From Lama guanicoe (Eukaryota), in assembly GCA_013239625.1 (NCBI GenBank), contig MU053881.1:13096879-13160878 (forward strand): DNA of 64,000 bases. Direction: 5' to 3'. The translations under genes and the position numbers were made by a program. The notes below the pieces were generated by a model that saw only the letters and a program-made list of their open reading frames with translations, was not told the DNA's origin and searched no databases. Shown in pieces: positions 1 to 14,669 of the stretch. Every line of letters starts with the position of its first letter. The first letter of the stretch is position 1.

Positions 1-2797
1 CAAAAATAACTAGGAAAGAGTAATTGTTCTATTTTCATGATAGACTTTATTGAAAGTGGTCAGCCTGAATGATAATGATAACTTGTGTTAAGAAGGTAGA
101 GTCTAGAAGATTGTGGCTTTCTTTCCCACTCCATCAATCTAAACCACGTACTAAACTTACTTCTGTAGATTAATTTACATCTGTGGTCAAGGGAAATTGG
201 TACAGCTAAGAGTAAGTTTGGAATTTTAAAGAATTAAAATACTTCCAGGGGTTTTTAATATTACTTTTCCCATTCATAAATTGTTATGCTTATATAAAAT
301 CTGGAATTGAACTCTTATTTGATTAAATTAAATTAAAAACAATAAACTCTTCTTTGTAATGGGATTCCTTTCTCTTGTCTCCCATAGAGCAACCTGATTT
401 TAAGGAACAGATCATTTGTTAAGCAGCTTGTAGTGAGAATAAAGACCCTGCCAGGGTTTGCTCAAGGAGAAATGATGAGCGGTCACTAAACTGCCTTTTT
501 AAAGGTTAAAGAGTTAACTACCAGGTTTTGACTTACCCGATATGTCACCGGGGGTGGAGCAGACTTGCTTGAAGAGGAGGTTATTTGTTGCAGAGGAAAA
601 GAGTCGGCAGGGAGAAAGTGAGACTGTTGTGGCTGAGAGCAACAGAGAAAATTACAAAGTGAATAAACATGTCTAATGCGTATTGTTAGTAAATGGTCAG
701 AAATAGAACACGTGCATCTCTTAGGTAACCTCCTTAACACACCTTTTTTTGACTCTTCCTGTAATCAGTTGTGGAGGAATTTGACGTTCATATCCCAAGA
801 TGTCTCTGATACAGGAAGGTCATGACTGTTGTGGTCTCTTTCATGTCTGCTTTTCAAGGATGTGACAAAGTGCTGTTACTTCAAGGTCAGTGCAGGTAAA
901 AGCAGAAGCTGACAGTGGGAGGACACTCAGCGCCAACAATAGTTTGTCAAGGTCCAAGGGAAAAGACAGAACACAGATGGAAATTCTCCTAGGGTATCTT
1001 CTCATGACTACCCTCCTCCATACTTTTACCAGCTTTCCTGCCTTTGTTTCCCGTGTATGAGATATACATTTTTCTTATATTACTATGCTACAGCTAGGGG
1101 GTGCTGTTGATGATTATTATAATTATTATTATAGTACTAGTACTTACTATGTACTGAGTACTTTTATAAATATTTCCCATGTATCCAAATAAATCCCTAC
1201 TGTTCTTTGTATCATCCAGAGGTTTGGTCTTACAGTAGGACCTATTCCTCACCCCTCCCATATCTCACCAGAAAATCTATGAAACGCACACACACACCAA
1301 CCACCACCACCACCGTCGGGAAATATATTTCCCAAAGGCAAAGTTAGAATTATTCATTCCAGAAAAACACCGTGGAAGGGTTCACATAAGCATTTAAGTG
1401 GGATTTGGCACCTCAGGTCCTGTAGACAGATACAGCTACTGAGACAGGCAGCAGGCTTTCCTTAATATTACCAAGGAAATTCACACCCTGCAAGTTAATA
1501 TTTCAGATGGAAATATTACACAAGAGGAAATAAACTATGAAATAATTTTAAAATAATAAAAATATTTTATAGCTGCAGTATAATTATATGCACGCAAAGA
1601 GCTAAATAGTAAAGTGATAAAAAATGGTAACAAACATCTCCCTGTTACAAAACTTTGTCCATAATTTTACTTCCTCGGGTGCTTTCAGTTATTCATCCAT
1701 TGAGCGTTTTCTAAAACCTGTAATAAACACAAAATAAAATAAATAAAATAATTAAACACGTTCTAATGGGAGTTGGTAACCAAATGAAGCCCAGTCTTAT
1801 TTGAATCTCCTGAATGATGTAGTGGCTTTTCAATAAAGAGAACATTTCTGCTCTTGGATAAGCTTTACTTACTTTATCACGATAGAAAGAAGATAAGACC
1901 TGGTGAAGATGTCAGACTATATAATGAAAAGGATATGAATATACCTATTATGTAATAACAATAGATAACATTTATTTTGTATTATATGTTAGGGACAATA
2001 TACTGAAATCAGCTTATGGTCTGGGCAGGAACTAAATCCTCAGTGTGGACAATGGGAAAAACTGGCTATCTTCTCTTACAGTAGCTAGAATATCCCTTCA
2101 GAGTCAGTTTACCTGGTTAGTATTTCCTAGAACTAAAGGGAAAACATCTTACTTGTTTGTTGAAAACTGTCATTGGCTGTTTAATGTGGGACTGATAATG
2201 TGTACCTTGAAATTCGACTAGAAACTAATGGATGAAAATCAAATTTAAGATGCCAGAGTTATCCAACAGAAAATTGTTCCTGGCTCTAGTCCTAGTGTTT
2301 TTCTTGGCATTATTCTTATTATTCTTCAACCATTGGATGTCTCCGTTTAAAACTACCTGGCTTTAGTCCTCAAACATAGATTGTGAATATATAATATCTA
2401 GCAATAATACAAGCTGTGCTAGATCAGGTTTATAGGGCTATAAAACATTTTGTGATGGTTAATTTTATTGTTTGGTGAGATCTGTGATATTTTTGCTCTA
2501 GCATGGTCATTCTACAGGAGAGGGGACTGAAACAGACCTGGCTCTTCCAATGATATCTCTGGTGGTGATGAATAGCTCAGCTAAGATGCCTGCAGTATAG
2601 ACTGAGGAGAATTATAAAGGCATAATAGAACCCCTTTCAATGCACACACGCACGCACACACACAGAATTCTTTAATAACTGAAATTCATTCATAAAACTT
2701 TTTAGTAAAGCATTTTATAAGCAATGCAATTTGAAAGGTTGGAAAATAATTAAGTGGATGCTTGTTAATTTTTTCCCTTTTGATTTATGACTTGCAC

Positions 2798-3196
2798 TGT
2801 GCTGGATAGCTTTCTCATGTCCCCCAGATCATCCTTCCTGTTATACAGGCTGCTCTCTGCCTCCCAAAGGCTTATGTTTATGGATTCAGTTGTTCTCTTC
2901 CACTGGGTCGACAAATGGAAAGATAGAAAGGTCACTCAGGGTATTTATTCTCCCAACTCTGTGTTTCTCCTTGGCCTGGCTGCGTCTTAAAGGTCAGATC
3001 TCCTCTCCAGGTTGCCATCTCCACATGACTCTCTTTAAGCATTTCTATAATCGCTCTGTCCACTCACCCCATTAGGGGTGCAAACAGCCCCAATGTTGAC
3101 CCGGCCACATCTTTGTAAATAGCCTTTTATTAAACTCCCTCGAGTTACCCAGTTTGAATATGCCATCTGTTTCCTGCTGGCACCCTGACTAATATA
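2798..3196 (+). mobile_element. LTR33-like ERV-L solo LTR
   Basis: 3' end ccacatctttgtaaatagccttttattaaactccctcgagttacccagtttgaatatgccatctgtttcctgctggcaccctgactaata is characteristic of LTR33. Confidence 0.8.
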
Positions 3197-3682
3197 CCTA
3201 TGGCCAGACCTCAAAACTTAGTAATACTAGGTAGCTTCTGGTGATTGAATAGCTTTATTTTAATAATTTGGGAACTAATTCTGAAAGATTCCTTCTATTT
3301 CACAAGTCACATCCAGTACAGCAAGGATCTGCTAGATCCCTGGATTTCTCTTTGCAGTAGGTGCTACCATCATGTCCCTCTTACTTTGCTTTTACAGGAT
3401 TTTCAGAAAGTATACCCCTCTGAAATGAAAAAGAATTAATACCCCATCTCAGGGCTTTTTATACCACCCACAGGCTTCAGACACCAACCTTCACAATCTC
3501 ACTTCTTTCTCTTCCTTCTTTGGAATTGGTTGTAATGTCTTCACCTTTGAAAAACCAAGCCAGATGGTATAATGTGGGATCTGTGCCACTTTCCTGTGTT
3601 CCTTGAATGCATTATATTTATTCAGATACAACATGTATTAAAGTGTTGAAATTGCCTATATAATCACTATCCAAATGCATTT

Positions 3683-3712
3683 TATATATGTGTGTGTGTG
3701 TGTGTGTGTGTG
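3683..3712. repeat. (TA)n(TG)n microsatellite
   Basis: A short tatata run followed by about 12 TG units. Confidence 0.9.
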
Positions 3713-3803
3713 ATGTGAGATCATTGAAGAAAAGAACCTTGTCTTGTTTATTTGTGCATCCAGTACATCTCCCCCAGTGCTGGCACATAGTAGGTCCTCG
3801 ATA

Positions 3804-4289
3804 CAGTCATCTCCCCGTGTGCATAGAGAGTATGTTCCAAGACCCCCAGTGAATGCCTGGAACCAGGGATAGTGTTGAATCCTACATGTGCACTATGTTT
3901 TTTCTATATGTGTAATAAAGTTTGATTTATAAGTTAGGCACAGAAAGAGAATATCCAAATTGCCAGCAATACTCTTGTGCTTTGAGGCCATTATGAAGCA
4001 AAATAAGGGTTAGTTGAACACAAGCGCTGGAATACTGTGATAAGAGATCTGATAACCAAGACAGTGACTGAGTAATAAGGAGGATGCTCTGCAGAGAGAA
4101 AGGAAAGGACGATCCCCATCCCAGGCAGGATGGGGTGGGAGGCTTCATCGTCTTGTTCAGAACGGTGTGCGCTTTTAAACTGATGGATTGCTTATTTCTG
4201 GAATATTCTATTTAATATTTTTGGACCACGGCTGATTCTGGGTAACTGAAACTGCCAAAATCGAAACCACAGATGAGCAGAGACTACTG
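3804..4289. mobile_element. MER44B-like (Tigger7-derived) non-autonomous DNA transposon
   Basis: TA|cagtcatctcccc...gttccaagacccccagtgaatgcctg...gaaaccacagatgagcagagactactg|TG, with degenerate terminal inverted repeats. Inserted at the end of an L2 3' fragment (~3740-3803). Confidence 0.88.
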
Positions 4290-6869
4290 TGTCATGAGGT
4301 TGAGCTATGAACACAGTAAAGTTGCATTGGGTTCGTCTTGTATTATGCCTGCAACCCACACAACTCCTGTAGATTGGAGGAGACACAATGGGAATTATGG
4401 AGCACTCCAGCTCTCTAAAAGGCATCTCTGAACTCCCCTGATTTGTATAATGATCAAATATTAGATAGTGTGAACCTATGTGTTGAGGGCTCAAGGTTAA
4501 TACTATGAATACAGTTCACTGAGCTCTTGTTGAAGCAACAAGGAAAATATAAAGATTAAATATGTTTTAAGTAAGATGATAATTTTACTTGCACTATAAT
4601 TTTACTGTTCCAGAAAGTATATCAGGACACCTAGATCTTTCCAACACCAGTATTTCATTAGGGACATATTTTATTTTCAAATCTTCACACAATATATTAG
4701 ATGTATTTAATCCTTAATGAAATTTTTGCTTTCAGTAGCTCAACAGTTCATTCTTTCATGCACTTGTGAAATCCCTCCCTATTATTTAAGTCATTTCAGG
4801 AGAAAGCAAAAGAGCATATGTTCTAAAAATAATAATATTTTGCATTTAGATAATTTATTTTAAGAAATAGCTTATAATGATTTGGACCTTGAGATTGTTT
4901 CATGACCTAAGTCCTTATGTACCAAAGGAATGCTTACAAAATACATAAATATATGAGAGTAGTGAATGAAAACATGTAAGTGGAATGAATAAATGAATAA
5001 ATAAACTTTATAGATGAAAATTTGAAACAGCAGTATCATAGCAAGTTGGCATCGTGTAATTTACCAAGTTATATAGGAACAGAGTGAGACGTTGGAACAT
5101 TCTTCCATGAATGTTGAGACACTTCTTGAGTCTGCTACAGTATAAACTAAGATAATTCCATACCCTGTAAATATTTCCAGTGAAAAATTCACTAGCAAAA
5201 GCTTGAAATTTTTATAGTGTTGTCTAAGACAATGGATACTATAATAACGGTATATTCACACTTACAAACACTTGGTAAGAAAAAATACTGTAATAGACAC
5301 TATGCAATACAAAGATAAAAAGACACAGTCCTGCCCTTAAAATGAAATAATCATACCTCGCAACAACATTTTTTTAAGAATGTGTGTTAACAAATATTTC
5401 ACTTTAAGAAGTATTAGGGAAACATTTAACAGTATTTATAGTGACAGTGAATAAAGATTTTTTTAAATGTTTGCATAGTGAATCTATTTAAGAAAAGTAT
5501 TTAGTGATTTGATAATACTGAGAAATAATATTGTATAATATTTAAGAACTTAAAACTCTGGAATCAGACTCCAGGATAAATTCTAATTATGCCACTTACC
5601 CTCTTTGGGGATGAACTTGTTTATGTATAAAACAAGGATGATGATATTTACCTGTAGGATTGCTGGAGGATTAAAGTTGTTAATACAGATAAATGCTGAG
5701 AACACTGACCGGAGTATTGCTGGCACTGTGTGTTAGCGCTTTATGCTGCAGTACTGATGACACATACACGGTTATTGAAAGCTGAACACAAATGGCGTTT
5801 GAAAGAAACCAAAGCCCGGCCTATCACGATGTAAAGGAGGGAGTTGCTCAGAGAAACAAAGAGTAAGCATTATAGCATAAAAACAACATATGATGCTGGA
5901 CTTTAATAGACCTGATTTGCAGTCTAATCTGCCGTTTATGAATGCCATTATCATGTACTAGGACTTGATTTTCCTAAATATGAATTGTCTTACCACATGT
6001 TTAGATACAGTAGGAGCAACTTCATGTGGTTGTTTAAAAATAAAAGAAGATAATACAAAAAAGAGAGATAATTAGAATGTGGAATATGGTTAACAATGGG
6101 GGTTAAATCATCATTATTTCTATTTTCATACCAGTGATTAAGCTGACTTTCCATCAGAGATCCTAACATCCTAGAGACAGTAAGATACTGAGAAGCAGTT
6201 TGCTATTTTTCATCATTATTCTTGTTTTTAAACCTCTGAGTCCAACCAAAATGTTATATCGGAGGAAATGTATCTTTCGGATAACAGTGACTTGAATCTA
6301 TCATTTGGGTAGGTGTTAGAATATCGTTGTATATGGTTTCCTTCTAGCACTTGACAAGCAGTTTATTTCATGGAAGAAGCAAAGATTAACATGAGTGCAG
6401 ACCATGGTAAGATGGCTCCCGATTTTTATGCCTTGATTAGAATTATTAGCCTCTTTAATTTTAGCTTCCTAATGGGTGAAACTGACATAATAATACCTAC
6501 TCTATAAATTTCTAAGAAGAAAACTGAAAGAAATAAATTTATAATGCTAGGTCCATAGATGTGATTCATTACTTTTTAGTTAATAACATGTCTTTGCATT
6601 TTTATTCACTTATCTGAAAAAATATTTATTAAAACTGCTATTTGTTAGGTGTGATTATTTCATTTTAAGGGCAGGGACTGTGTCTTTTTATCTTTGTATC
6701 ACACAGTATCTATTACAGTATTTTTTCTTACCAAGTGTTTGTAAGTGTGAATATGCCATCATTACAGTTTCATTGTCTTAGAGAACACTATAAAAATTTC
6801 ACACTTTTGCTAGTGAATTTTTTTTTAAGCTGGAAATATTTACAGGGTATGGAATTATCTTAGTTTATC

Positions 6870-6990
6870 AGTGTAATAGAATAAAGAGCCCAGAAATAAA
6901 TCCTTACATATAAAGTCAGATGGTTTTCAACCTGGGTGCTAAGCTACTCTATGAGAGAAGGGCAGTCTTTTCAACGATTGATGTTAGAGA
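6870..6990 (+). mobile_element. Short LINE-1 ORF2 fragment
   Basis: aatagaataaagagcccagaaataaatccttacatata...agtcttttcaac corresponds to the NRIESPEINPHIY...SLFNKW segment of L1 ORF2p. Confidence 0.7.
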
Positions 6991-8307
6991 ACCATGGATC
7001 CAGAATATGTGGGAAGAAAGCACGGTCTCCAGACACCCAAACCAATAGGTTTTAAGGCGTATTAAGTCCCCTTGAGCTTTATGATCTAACTTGAGTTATT
7101 TCCGATTGCCAGTTCTTCCTGTCCCAGCATTCCAGACAGAGCCCTGGACTGTCATCCATTTCAAAGATTTCTCAGAAAGCTGTAACCTTCACAAAATAAC
7201 TGCTTGGATATGCATGGAGGGATAAAGAGAGGAATTATGTTCTCTCCACCTCACACATTTAAATATTATAGAAACTCTCCGGGATTTAAAGCTGAGCCAT
7301 CTATCCCTCTAAAAAGTAAAAACAATCTGGTATCCACAGGTACATGTCAGTCACAGCCCAGGACACTCTTCTTCAGCTTAGGAGCTTTAAATTAAACAAA
7401 CAGAACAAAACAGAGTCATGAGTGTGATTGTATCTGGCATTTATCCATAATGAGCTATCTGCAGCTGAGTTGATGAGATATTGACTAACCTTTTAGAAAG
7501 TTTCATTTATCACTCTTCTACAAACTGTGAAATTGTTTTCAGAATCTGGTGAATCCAGCTCTGTTGTTTACCATTTATCACCATGATAATGGAAAAAGAA
7601 AGACTGCATTGTGCCATTTGAATCCCTAGAAAATATATTAAAGGGAAAAAAGAGAATCGGATGATTTCTGGGATGGTAATTTGCATAGGCCAAGAAAAAA
7701 TATTACAAGTTCAAAACTTAGGAAGCAAAAGATTTATCATCATTTACACTTTCATGGCTGCATGTTGTTATCTTTAAAATCTGAATATTTGTGAATTAAA
7801 GTGTATCTTCAACATATCTGTAGGAGAGGAAAGGGAAGATCCTTTTGCACTTGCAGTTTGGGGCCTCCTGACAATTAAATGTACTTTTGATAACAATTGC
7901 TTGTTTGATGACTGAGAACAGAATTATTCCGTGGATTTTGATCCATGAAATATCTGTTGGTGAAACATTCTATTATATTGACATGCACAGATTTTCATAT
8001 ACCTAATGCCTGACTTGGTTAACCTTGCCTCTCATCAGAACCAGGGGAAGAGCAATTAACAACCTTCCTTTAGAATTCAGTTTTCCTTTCTAGTGCAAGA
8101 TAACAATTCTTAAACAAACCGCTTACATTTATTGATCAGTTAATGTTCTTTGGTACCTGTATATTTCTTTTTTGCGTAAGGATGCAGACTCAGGCAGTGT
8201 TTCTTAGACTCATGTCTGTGATACAGGCTAGGGCTTGGCTTATATTCACTGATAGTACAGGGGGAATAAATCAATGGTGCTAGATTAGGTAAAAAAAACA
8301 AATGTCT

Positions 8308-8457
8308 TCTGTGTAGCACAGGAAACTATATTCAATATCTTGTAATAACTTTTAATGAAAAAGAATATGAAAATGAAAATATGTATGACTGGGACGTTAT
8401 ACTGTGCACCAGAAATTGACACATTGTGACTGACTATGTGTCAATTAAAATAAAAAA
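8308..8457 (+). mobile_element. 5'-truncated lineage-specific LINE-1 3' end
   Basis: tgtagcacaggaaactatattcaatatcttgtaataac...caccagaaattgacacattgtgactgacta...attaaaataaaaaa is an artiodactyl-type L1 terminus. Confidence 0.8.
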
Positions 8458-8984
8458 GTTAGTAATGCCCCTTACTAGTACATCCCTTGTGTCACAATAA
8501 AACTGTAGAGAAAGCAAGAAATCATTTAATTCCTTATATGTTTTATATTTCAAACTGGATTTTAAAATATATGCAGTTTTGTGCAAGGGCATATAACAAT
8601 GTACTGTGACGTGCTGTGAGGAAAGGGTGCCTATTACTTTTCAGATCAGAGCAACGTAGTGAAAACCCTAAGGTTCAAAAATCTTTTATTATGTTTTCTT
8701 TACAGTGCCTTTCTAATAGAATCAGTCTGTTGGAGTTGTATATGCACCTATGGGGGGAAAAATGTTGCCATGATAATAACAATGACAATTTAGTGAGGGT
8801 TTGTTAGTGTCAGGTCCTATGCTATAGGCATTAATAAACAACCTCATTCAGTCTTAACACGGTGAGGTAAGTTTGGTTGTTTTGGTGTTCCCATCTTAAG
8901 GATGAACACAGAAAGTTTAAGTGACAAGCCCAAGGTCACACAGTCACTAAATGCCAGACCCACGATCTAAGTTCATTTGTGACT

Positions 8985-9150
8985 TTTTTTGTAATATTCC
9001 ACATACGAGTGATATCATATGGTATTTTTCTTTCTCTTTCTGGCTTACTTCACTTAGAATGACATTCACCAGGTCCATCCATGTTGCTGCAAATGGCATT
9101 GTTTATTCTTTTTTATGGCTGAGTAGTATTCCATTGTATAAATATACCAT
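8985..9150 (-). mobile_element. LINE-1 fragment (ORF2 end / 3' UTR start)
   Basis: ttccacatacgagtgatatcatatggtatttttctttctctttctggcttacttcacttagaatgacattcaccaggtccatccatgttgctgcaaatggc. Confidence 0.85.
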
Positions 9151-11690
9151 AACTTGGACATTGCTAACTTATAAAATATAAGTTTCGATTCAGAACTAAT
9201 CTCATTGTTTTAAATTACTACTACTTTTTGAAATGAATGTGTTTTATCCCAAAATTTCTATTTCCATCTTTTATGTTGGATGATTTTCTATCAGCTTTTC
9301 AGTTGGTATAGTTAATGGAACATCTTATCACAATAAAGCATAAAGGAGAATGATGTTTTGATGAGGGTTTCAGAAATTAAACCATAAATGATAGAAATGA
9401 ACAACTTATAGAACATTACATAAATTAGTAGAGGTTATTTGATAACACCTTAGAGTTTTCGTTCTTGAATTCCTTGAGATTATTTTGACTGAAAAAGAGA
9501 ATTTTAAGAAAAATAAAATTACAGATTTTGAAAAATACTTTCCTAATTTTTTTTCTCTTTACTCAGAGAAATTGGGAATGATCCATAATTAATAGCATAT
9601 TTTATCAACCCTTTCCAAAAGTCTCTTGAAAATACTGCAGCTTGGAAATCATGAGAAAGACAGTTGACTGTTGTCCTTATGCTAACAGCAACAGCAACAA
9701 AACTAAAGAAGCTACAAAATCATCATTAAAAAAAGAAATCAAAGAACTGAGAATTCACAACAGCAGCAACAGCAAAAAAAAAGGGGGGGGTATGAATCCA
9801 AGTTCAGAAAGTAATGGACTCTTCCAAAGAGGGAAGAGCCTGAAGCTGCTTTGATTTCTGGTAGAGAGAGAGGAGGATAGGAAGTCTTCGAGAGAGAGGG
9901 ATGTGGAGAAATCTGCAGAACATTCAGTAAACATTTGATGGCCATCTCTGGGCTGGTATGCTAGATTCAGAGACTCCAGCCGCTGAGCTGCTTGCACCCT
10001 TCAAGTCACTTTCTTTCTGTAAGCTGTCTCTTTAGTCAAAGGCTGAGGCCGGACAAGAGAATTAAGGGAGCTGCCTCCATGGAGGTGCTTTTCCAAGTGC
10101 AAGGCAGTGGGTTACTGACACTGAGCAGGGCTGAATAGCTGAGAACAATCCCCTGAGATACAGGGTCATCCAGGGCCAAGCCATAGCTGCCAAAGGCTGG
10201 GAAGAGGGCAGGAAAGCCGAGATAAACCCCTCAGTGCGCTCCCAGTCTTCTCCGAGTACACTGCTGAAACCCTTCTGAAACCCCTGCAGTTCTGATGTTT
10301 ACTGAGAACATGGTGGTGATTCTTTAAACGGTTAAATGTAGGGCAGCGGAGGACGATGGGCTCCCAAGTGCAGAGCAACTCCCAAGAATTAGCCTGAACA
10401 TCAAAGAGCGTTCCCCAGTGCCCCAGAGAGCTGACAGCCTGGCTGAAGTCAGAAGGTGATTTCATACAGTGTGCTCGCACCCATCTTCCAAGCTTTGATG
10501 AAGGAAACATTGTTCTTTACTCAAATAGTTGGAGTCAGTGGTGAAACAAATAAAGCTGCAGCAGAGCCTGGATGCAGATGAAATAAATTTAAACTCGGCT
10601 CCATTATTAAAACCCTGAACAGAAACAGGACTGTGCCCTTGGAATGGCTAATATAAATACTAAAATACCAAAGTTTGACAAGAATGTGGAACAACTAATA
10701 TCCTCAGTCTTAATCAGGGATCATTCAGCACAAAGTAACAGTAACAGCATTGTAATAGGGAACTACCGTTCACGTGGACAGGGGCTTTATTTGCTGTGCA
10801 CACAAAGCAATTTATTGATGGGACAGGAGACTTAGCCAGCACACATAGTGGCTGGGATTTCTACTTCTGAGCCTTGCTTTGTGTCTCCCTATTTCTCCAT
10901 AGTTTACTTGCAGATGAGTGTTTTCTAGCTTTCATGGCTTCTCTGAACTTCTAAAATTGCTGTTTATGCGTGGCTTTGTTCTGGCAAGGCACAGACTCTG
11001 GCCTGTACTGTTCATTGTCTTCCTGTAAGCCCACATCATCGTTTAATTTCCTCGGTCTTCCGGTGTCCAGTCTGAAACGCTCAGGAGGGACCGTCCGTTG
11101 TGCTCTGCTCAGTTGTGGCCTCAGAGATAGCATGAGCTCATGTAAGGAAGTATAACACTGAGGCCCATCTATTCGTGTGGTAGATGGTCATTTCAAAGAA
11201 GGGAGCATGAGCTAAGCAAGAAAACGTTAATGTATTTATTATAGATTTTGACCTCATAAGGTTACTCTGTGTCTTCAATAGGAAAACGTAGCTAAGACGC
11301 AAAGCAGAAGACTTAACACACAGTAAGAAAATAATAGATCTTCTTTATTATCATAGTAGTAATAATTATTATTTTAAAATGTGAAAGGGCATATAGTGTG
11401 GTGTGAACATTTTTTAAGTTCACAATACTTATTTGTTTCCTCTTTCATTAAAATATAAGAATAACTACATAATGCAAAGAAAATTAAACTTGAGAACCAT
11501 AGTGTCTTTATGGCAACATGCCCTCTAATTTTACAGCATCCTTGAGGGGTGGAGTATTTCAAAATAGAGCTGTGTCATTTGATCTAAATATGCCTGAGTC
11601 ATGTCTACTATGTTGTACACATAATAGAGCAGTTAATCTAGAGTAAAGTGTGTGACTCTCTAGAAGCATAGCTCTGACCTGTATCATCAT

Positions 11691-12055
11691 TGTTAAAAGC
11701 TCAGCTGAGGCACATTATATTTTTCAAGAGTATATTTGAATACGCATCGATCAGAGCCTTCCAGTGCCAAACAGGGAGCGGCTGGGAGCATCCACCCGGC
11801 AGAGCTATGGGAGAGGTCTTTATAAAGAGGATGCAGGGACACAGAAGCAGAGCGAGGAAACTGTTGACTGGCTGCAGCTTAAGCAGCTGCCTTCGTTGGG
11901 AAAGACGAGGTAGCTGTACGTGATTGCTTGCTCTTAAGTTTCGTCGTCTTGGATTCAAGCACATTGCGTGTGCCTAGGTTTTCGTTTGCTACATCAGCTA
12001 CCAAGGCATTAGGGCCAGCCCGGTCTAATAACCTCCTCCTTTACTTACTTTAGCA
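11691..12055. mobile_element. ERV1-class solo LTR, MER67/MER31-like
   Basis: Starts tgttaaaag and ends ...acctcctcctttacttactttagca. Internal gactggctgcagcttaagcagctgccttcgttggg resembles the MER67 family. Confidence 0.65.
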
Positions 12056-12544
12056 CCAGCATCTGTCTGATTTACATGAAACTCATTCTGTGACTTACAA
12101 AAGAGCTGTCAACAGCCTGAAAATGAGCAGAGCCTTCATAGCGATGGAGGAGATGGTATATATAGCTGGACTACAGAAACTATTTTGACTATTAGACTAC
12201 AGTTCTCTTGAGGGGTGGGTGTGGTTTTGGTCCTAACTTTATCTCAGCAATTAGTAAAGTGCTGGTGTAGCATAGGCACTCATTCACTATTTCTTATACA
12301 AACATCACACGGTGCATTTTCCTTGTCATTCCTCAGCTGTTGTGTATGTTGAAGAACACTCCATAACATAGAAAACGTGATTTTGAGAAACCTATGATGA
12401 GCTACCGCACATTTGCCCATATTAGCTCATGGGAATAAAATTATTTAGTGTATTTTATTCAGTGTTAATGGATCAGTCAATGGGAAAAGTAGGATTACAA
12501 ATAAATCTGACTGTATACTGAATGTTCTATTCACAGTTATAGAT

Positions 12545-12637
12545 ACATTTCTGGTATACAACATAATAGTTCAGTCATACATGTACATACATTTGTTTTC
12601 ATATTCTTTTTCATTATAGGTTACTACAAGATATTGA
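12545..12637 (-). mobile_element. Short LINE-1 3' end
   Basis: tttctggtatacaacataatagttcagtcatacat...ttttcatattctttttcattataggttactacaagatattga; same L1 terminus type as at 8308, in reverse. Confidence 0.75.
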
Positions 12638-13449
12638 TGCATGAAAATTAATTTAAGTAGTTTTTATTTTTCCCAGAAGAGATGTCTTCATTGAAATTTT
12701 AACTAACTGCCTAAGAAACCCCATAAAGTGACATTAATTCTAAAAAAATTATGGAAATAGACATTTTTGGTTTGAAAACTATCTTACTAATACAAAGTAT
12801 GGTCACTAAAGGACCCATCCACTGCAGGCAGCATTTTAGAAGAGCCAAATTAAACATTACTGGGCTGTAGGTTCATTGCTTTGGTAAGTATATATTTACT
12901 ATTTCTGTCCTACATTTTCTGTAATTAGTATACAACTGTTACATCATTCTATAAATAGCAGGCAAAATGTTCTTTGGAACTGTTTTTACTAAATAGTTCC
13001 TCAGAAGTGTTCAATCTTCAGTATTCAGACAGATACGCTGCCTTGAAAAAAAGCTAACAAATCAAATCATCTCATGTATTAAGCCCAACATTCAAGGTCC
13101 TTCTCACTGACTCTATTTCTCAACCTGTCTGTTCTCACCTCTTATGACATCCTTTACTCCCACAAAGCATGTATACTCCTAACTACAAATTCTGTACCTG
13201 TTCTCTTCTGCCTCTGCTCCATTACATGCTCACTGTGGATACTGACACCTGCTGAAATCTTACTCGGTTTGAGATGAATTTCTAGATTAACTTTTCTAGT
13301 GACCTTTGTTGTTTCCACAGCTTAAAGTTCTACCCCCTTCTTAGAAAACCTATAACCTGATGAGGAATGGGAGCCAATGTGGAATTGAGCTCTTTGCTAT
13401 TCTGAATCTTCATATTTCTAGTGAATCTGGGAACACTGAATGTAGTTAT

Positions 13450-13775
13450 CTTGAGTGATATTTGACCTGAGACCTAAATGATAAAAAAAAAAATCAGTTC
13501 CATGGAGACCTGAGATCATTCCATGCAGAGAAAAAGGCCAGAGCAAAGGCTTTGAGGCAGGAATGGACTTTATATTTTTGAGCAACTGAAAGAAGACATA
13601 ATGGGTGAAGTACAGTCGGCAATAGGGAACGGTGGCAGATGGGGCTGAAGAAGTTTGCAGGGTGAGATCCTAATAGAACCTTAAACGCACGGTAAGTGTT
13701 TATATTATATGTCTTGGGTACTGAAAGCTACTGGAAGGTTTTCACGAGAGAGCCTGTATGATCAGATCAATTTGG
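13450..13775 (-). mobile_element. L2 LINE fragment
   Basis: gcaaaggctttgaggcaggaatggac...gctactggaaggtttt...tgatcagat is typical antisense L2 sequence. Confidence 0.65.
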
Positions 13776-14140
13776 AGTTGAGGAATGGATGTGTTAAGGG
13801 GTGTTACCATGTAAGCCTGCTCTCTGGGCATGGGTGGGGCCTTTATTCCCAGCTTCAGCTGTCAGATGAGGATAGCAGCTTCATTAAACAAGGAATAAAG
13901 CTGATTTTTTATCAGAAATGTTTAGGCAAGTGTGTGATGAAAATGAGTGGTATTAGAAAAGACCTTGGAATTGATAGGAAAAAAAATCTAAAGTGATAGA
14001 AGGAACATAGTGTCTACTGAAGAAATTTAAAAAAAACGTGGAGACTAACATGGATCAGTTACTCAGAATAACAGAAGGAGCAGTAGAGAAGCACATTTTC
14101 CAGTGAGCAAACTTCCTGACTCATGGCTTCCCCTCGTCCT

Positions 14141-14668
14141 TGTTACGCGTTTATGCTGGTGCCCTGGTGACCTTGCCCTGCACGGGCCACCTAGGTGAGG
14201 TTCAGCCGCCACCTGACGTGAGCCTTGTCAGAATGCCCGCGAGCCCCCAGAAGCAGGGAGAGAGAAGCCGTGTTGTGAGGAGCTGACGCAAGGCGACTTC
14301 TCACTCACCTCCCTATCTCAAGAGAGGCTTTCACGGGGCAGTTTCTCATCTGGCTTTCTAACTCTGATAGGATGGGGGTGCTTTCTGCCTTGTTCCCTCT
14401 TGGGGTACAGCTACAAGCTACAAAGCTGCTCAGTTGCTTTGTGGATTTGGCTGCACAAAAACAGGTTGCTCCATCACCCATTGGCATGTCATCTGGCCTT
14501 TTTGCTTCGGTGTCATCTTGTGACATTTGAAGCTGACATCATTGCAGATCTTGTTTCTGCTGTCTATGTCAGTGAGAAACTCTGTGAATCTATCTGGGCT
14601 TATATTTCCTTTGCTTGTCAAATCTGTCAGCCTTCTTGATAAATTTGTCTTCCAACTGTGAGCTGATA
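14141..14668 (+). mobile_element. Putative 5' LTR of a class III (ERV-L) provirus, MER73/MER74/LTR53-like
   Basis: Begins TGTT. The 3' part gaagctgacatcattgcagatcttgtttctgctgtctatgtcagtgagaaactctgtgaatc resembles the poly(A)-signal region of those LTRs. It directly precedes ERV-L internal sequence. Boundaries approximate. Confidence 0.5.
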
Positions 14669-14669
14669 A

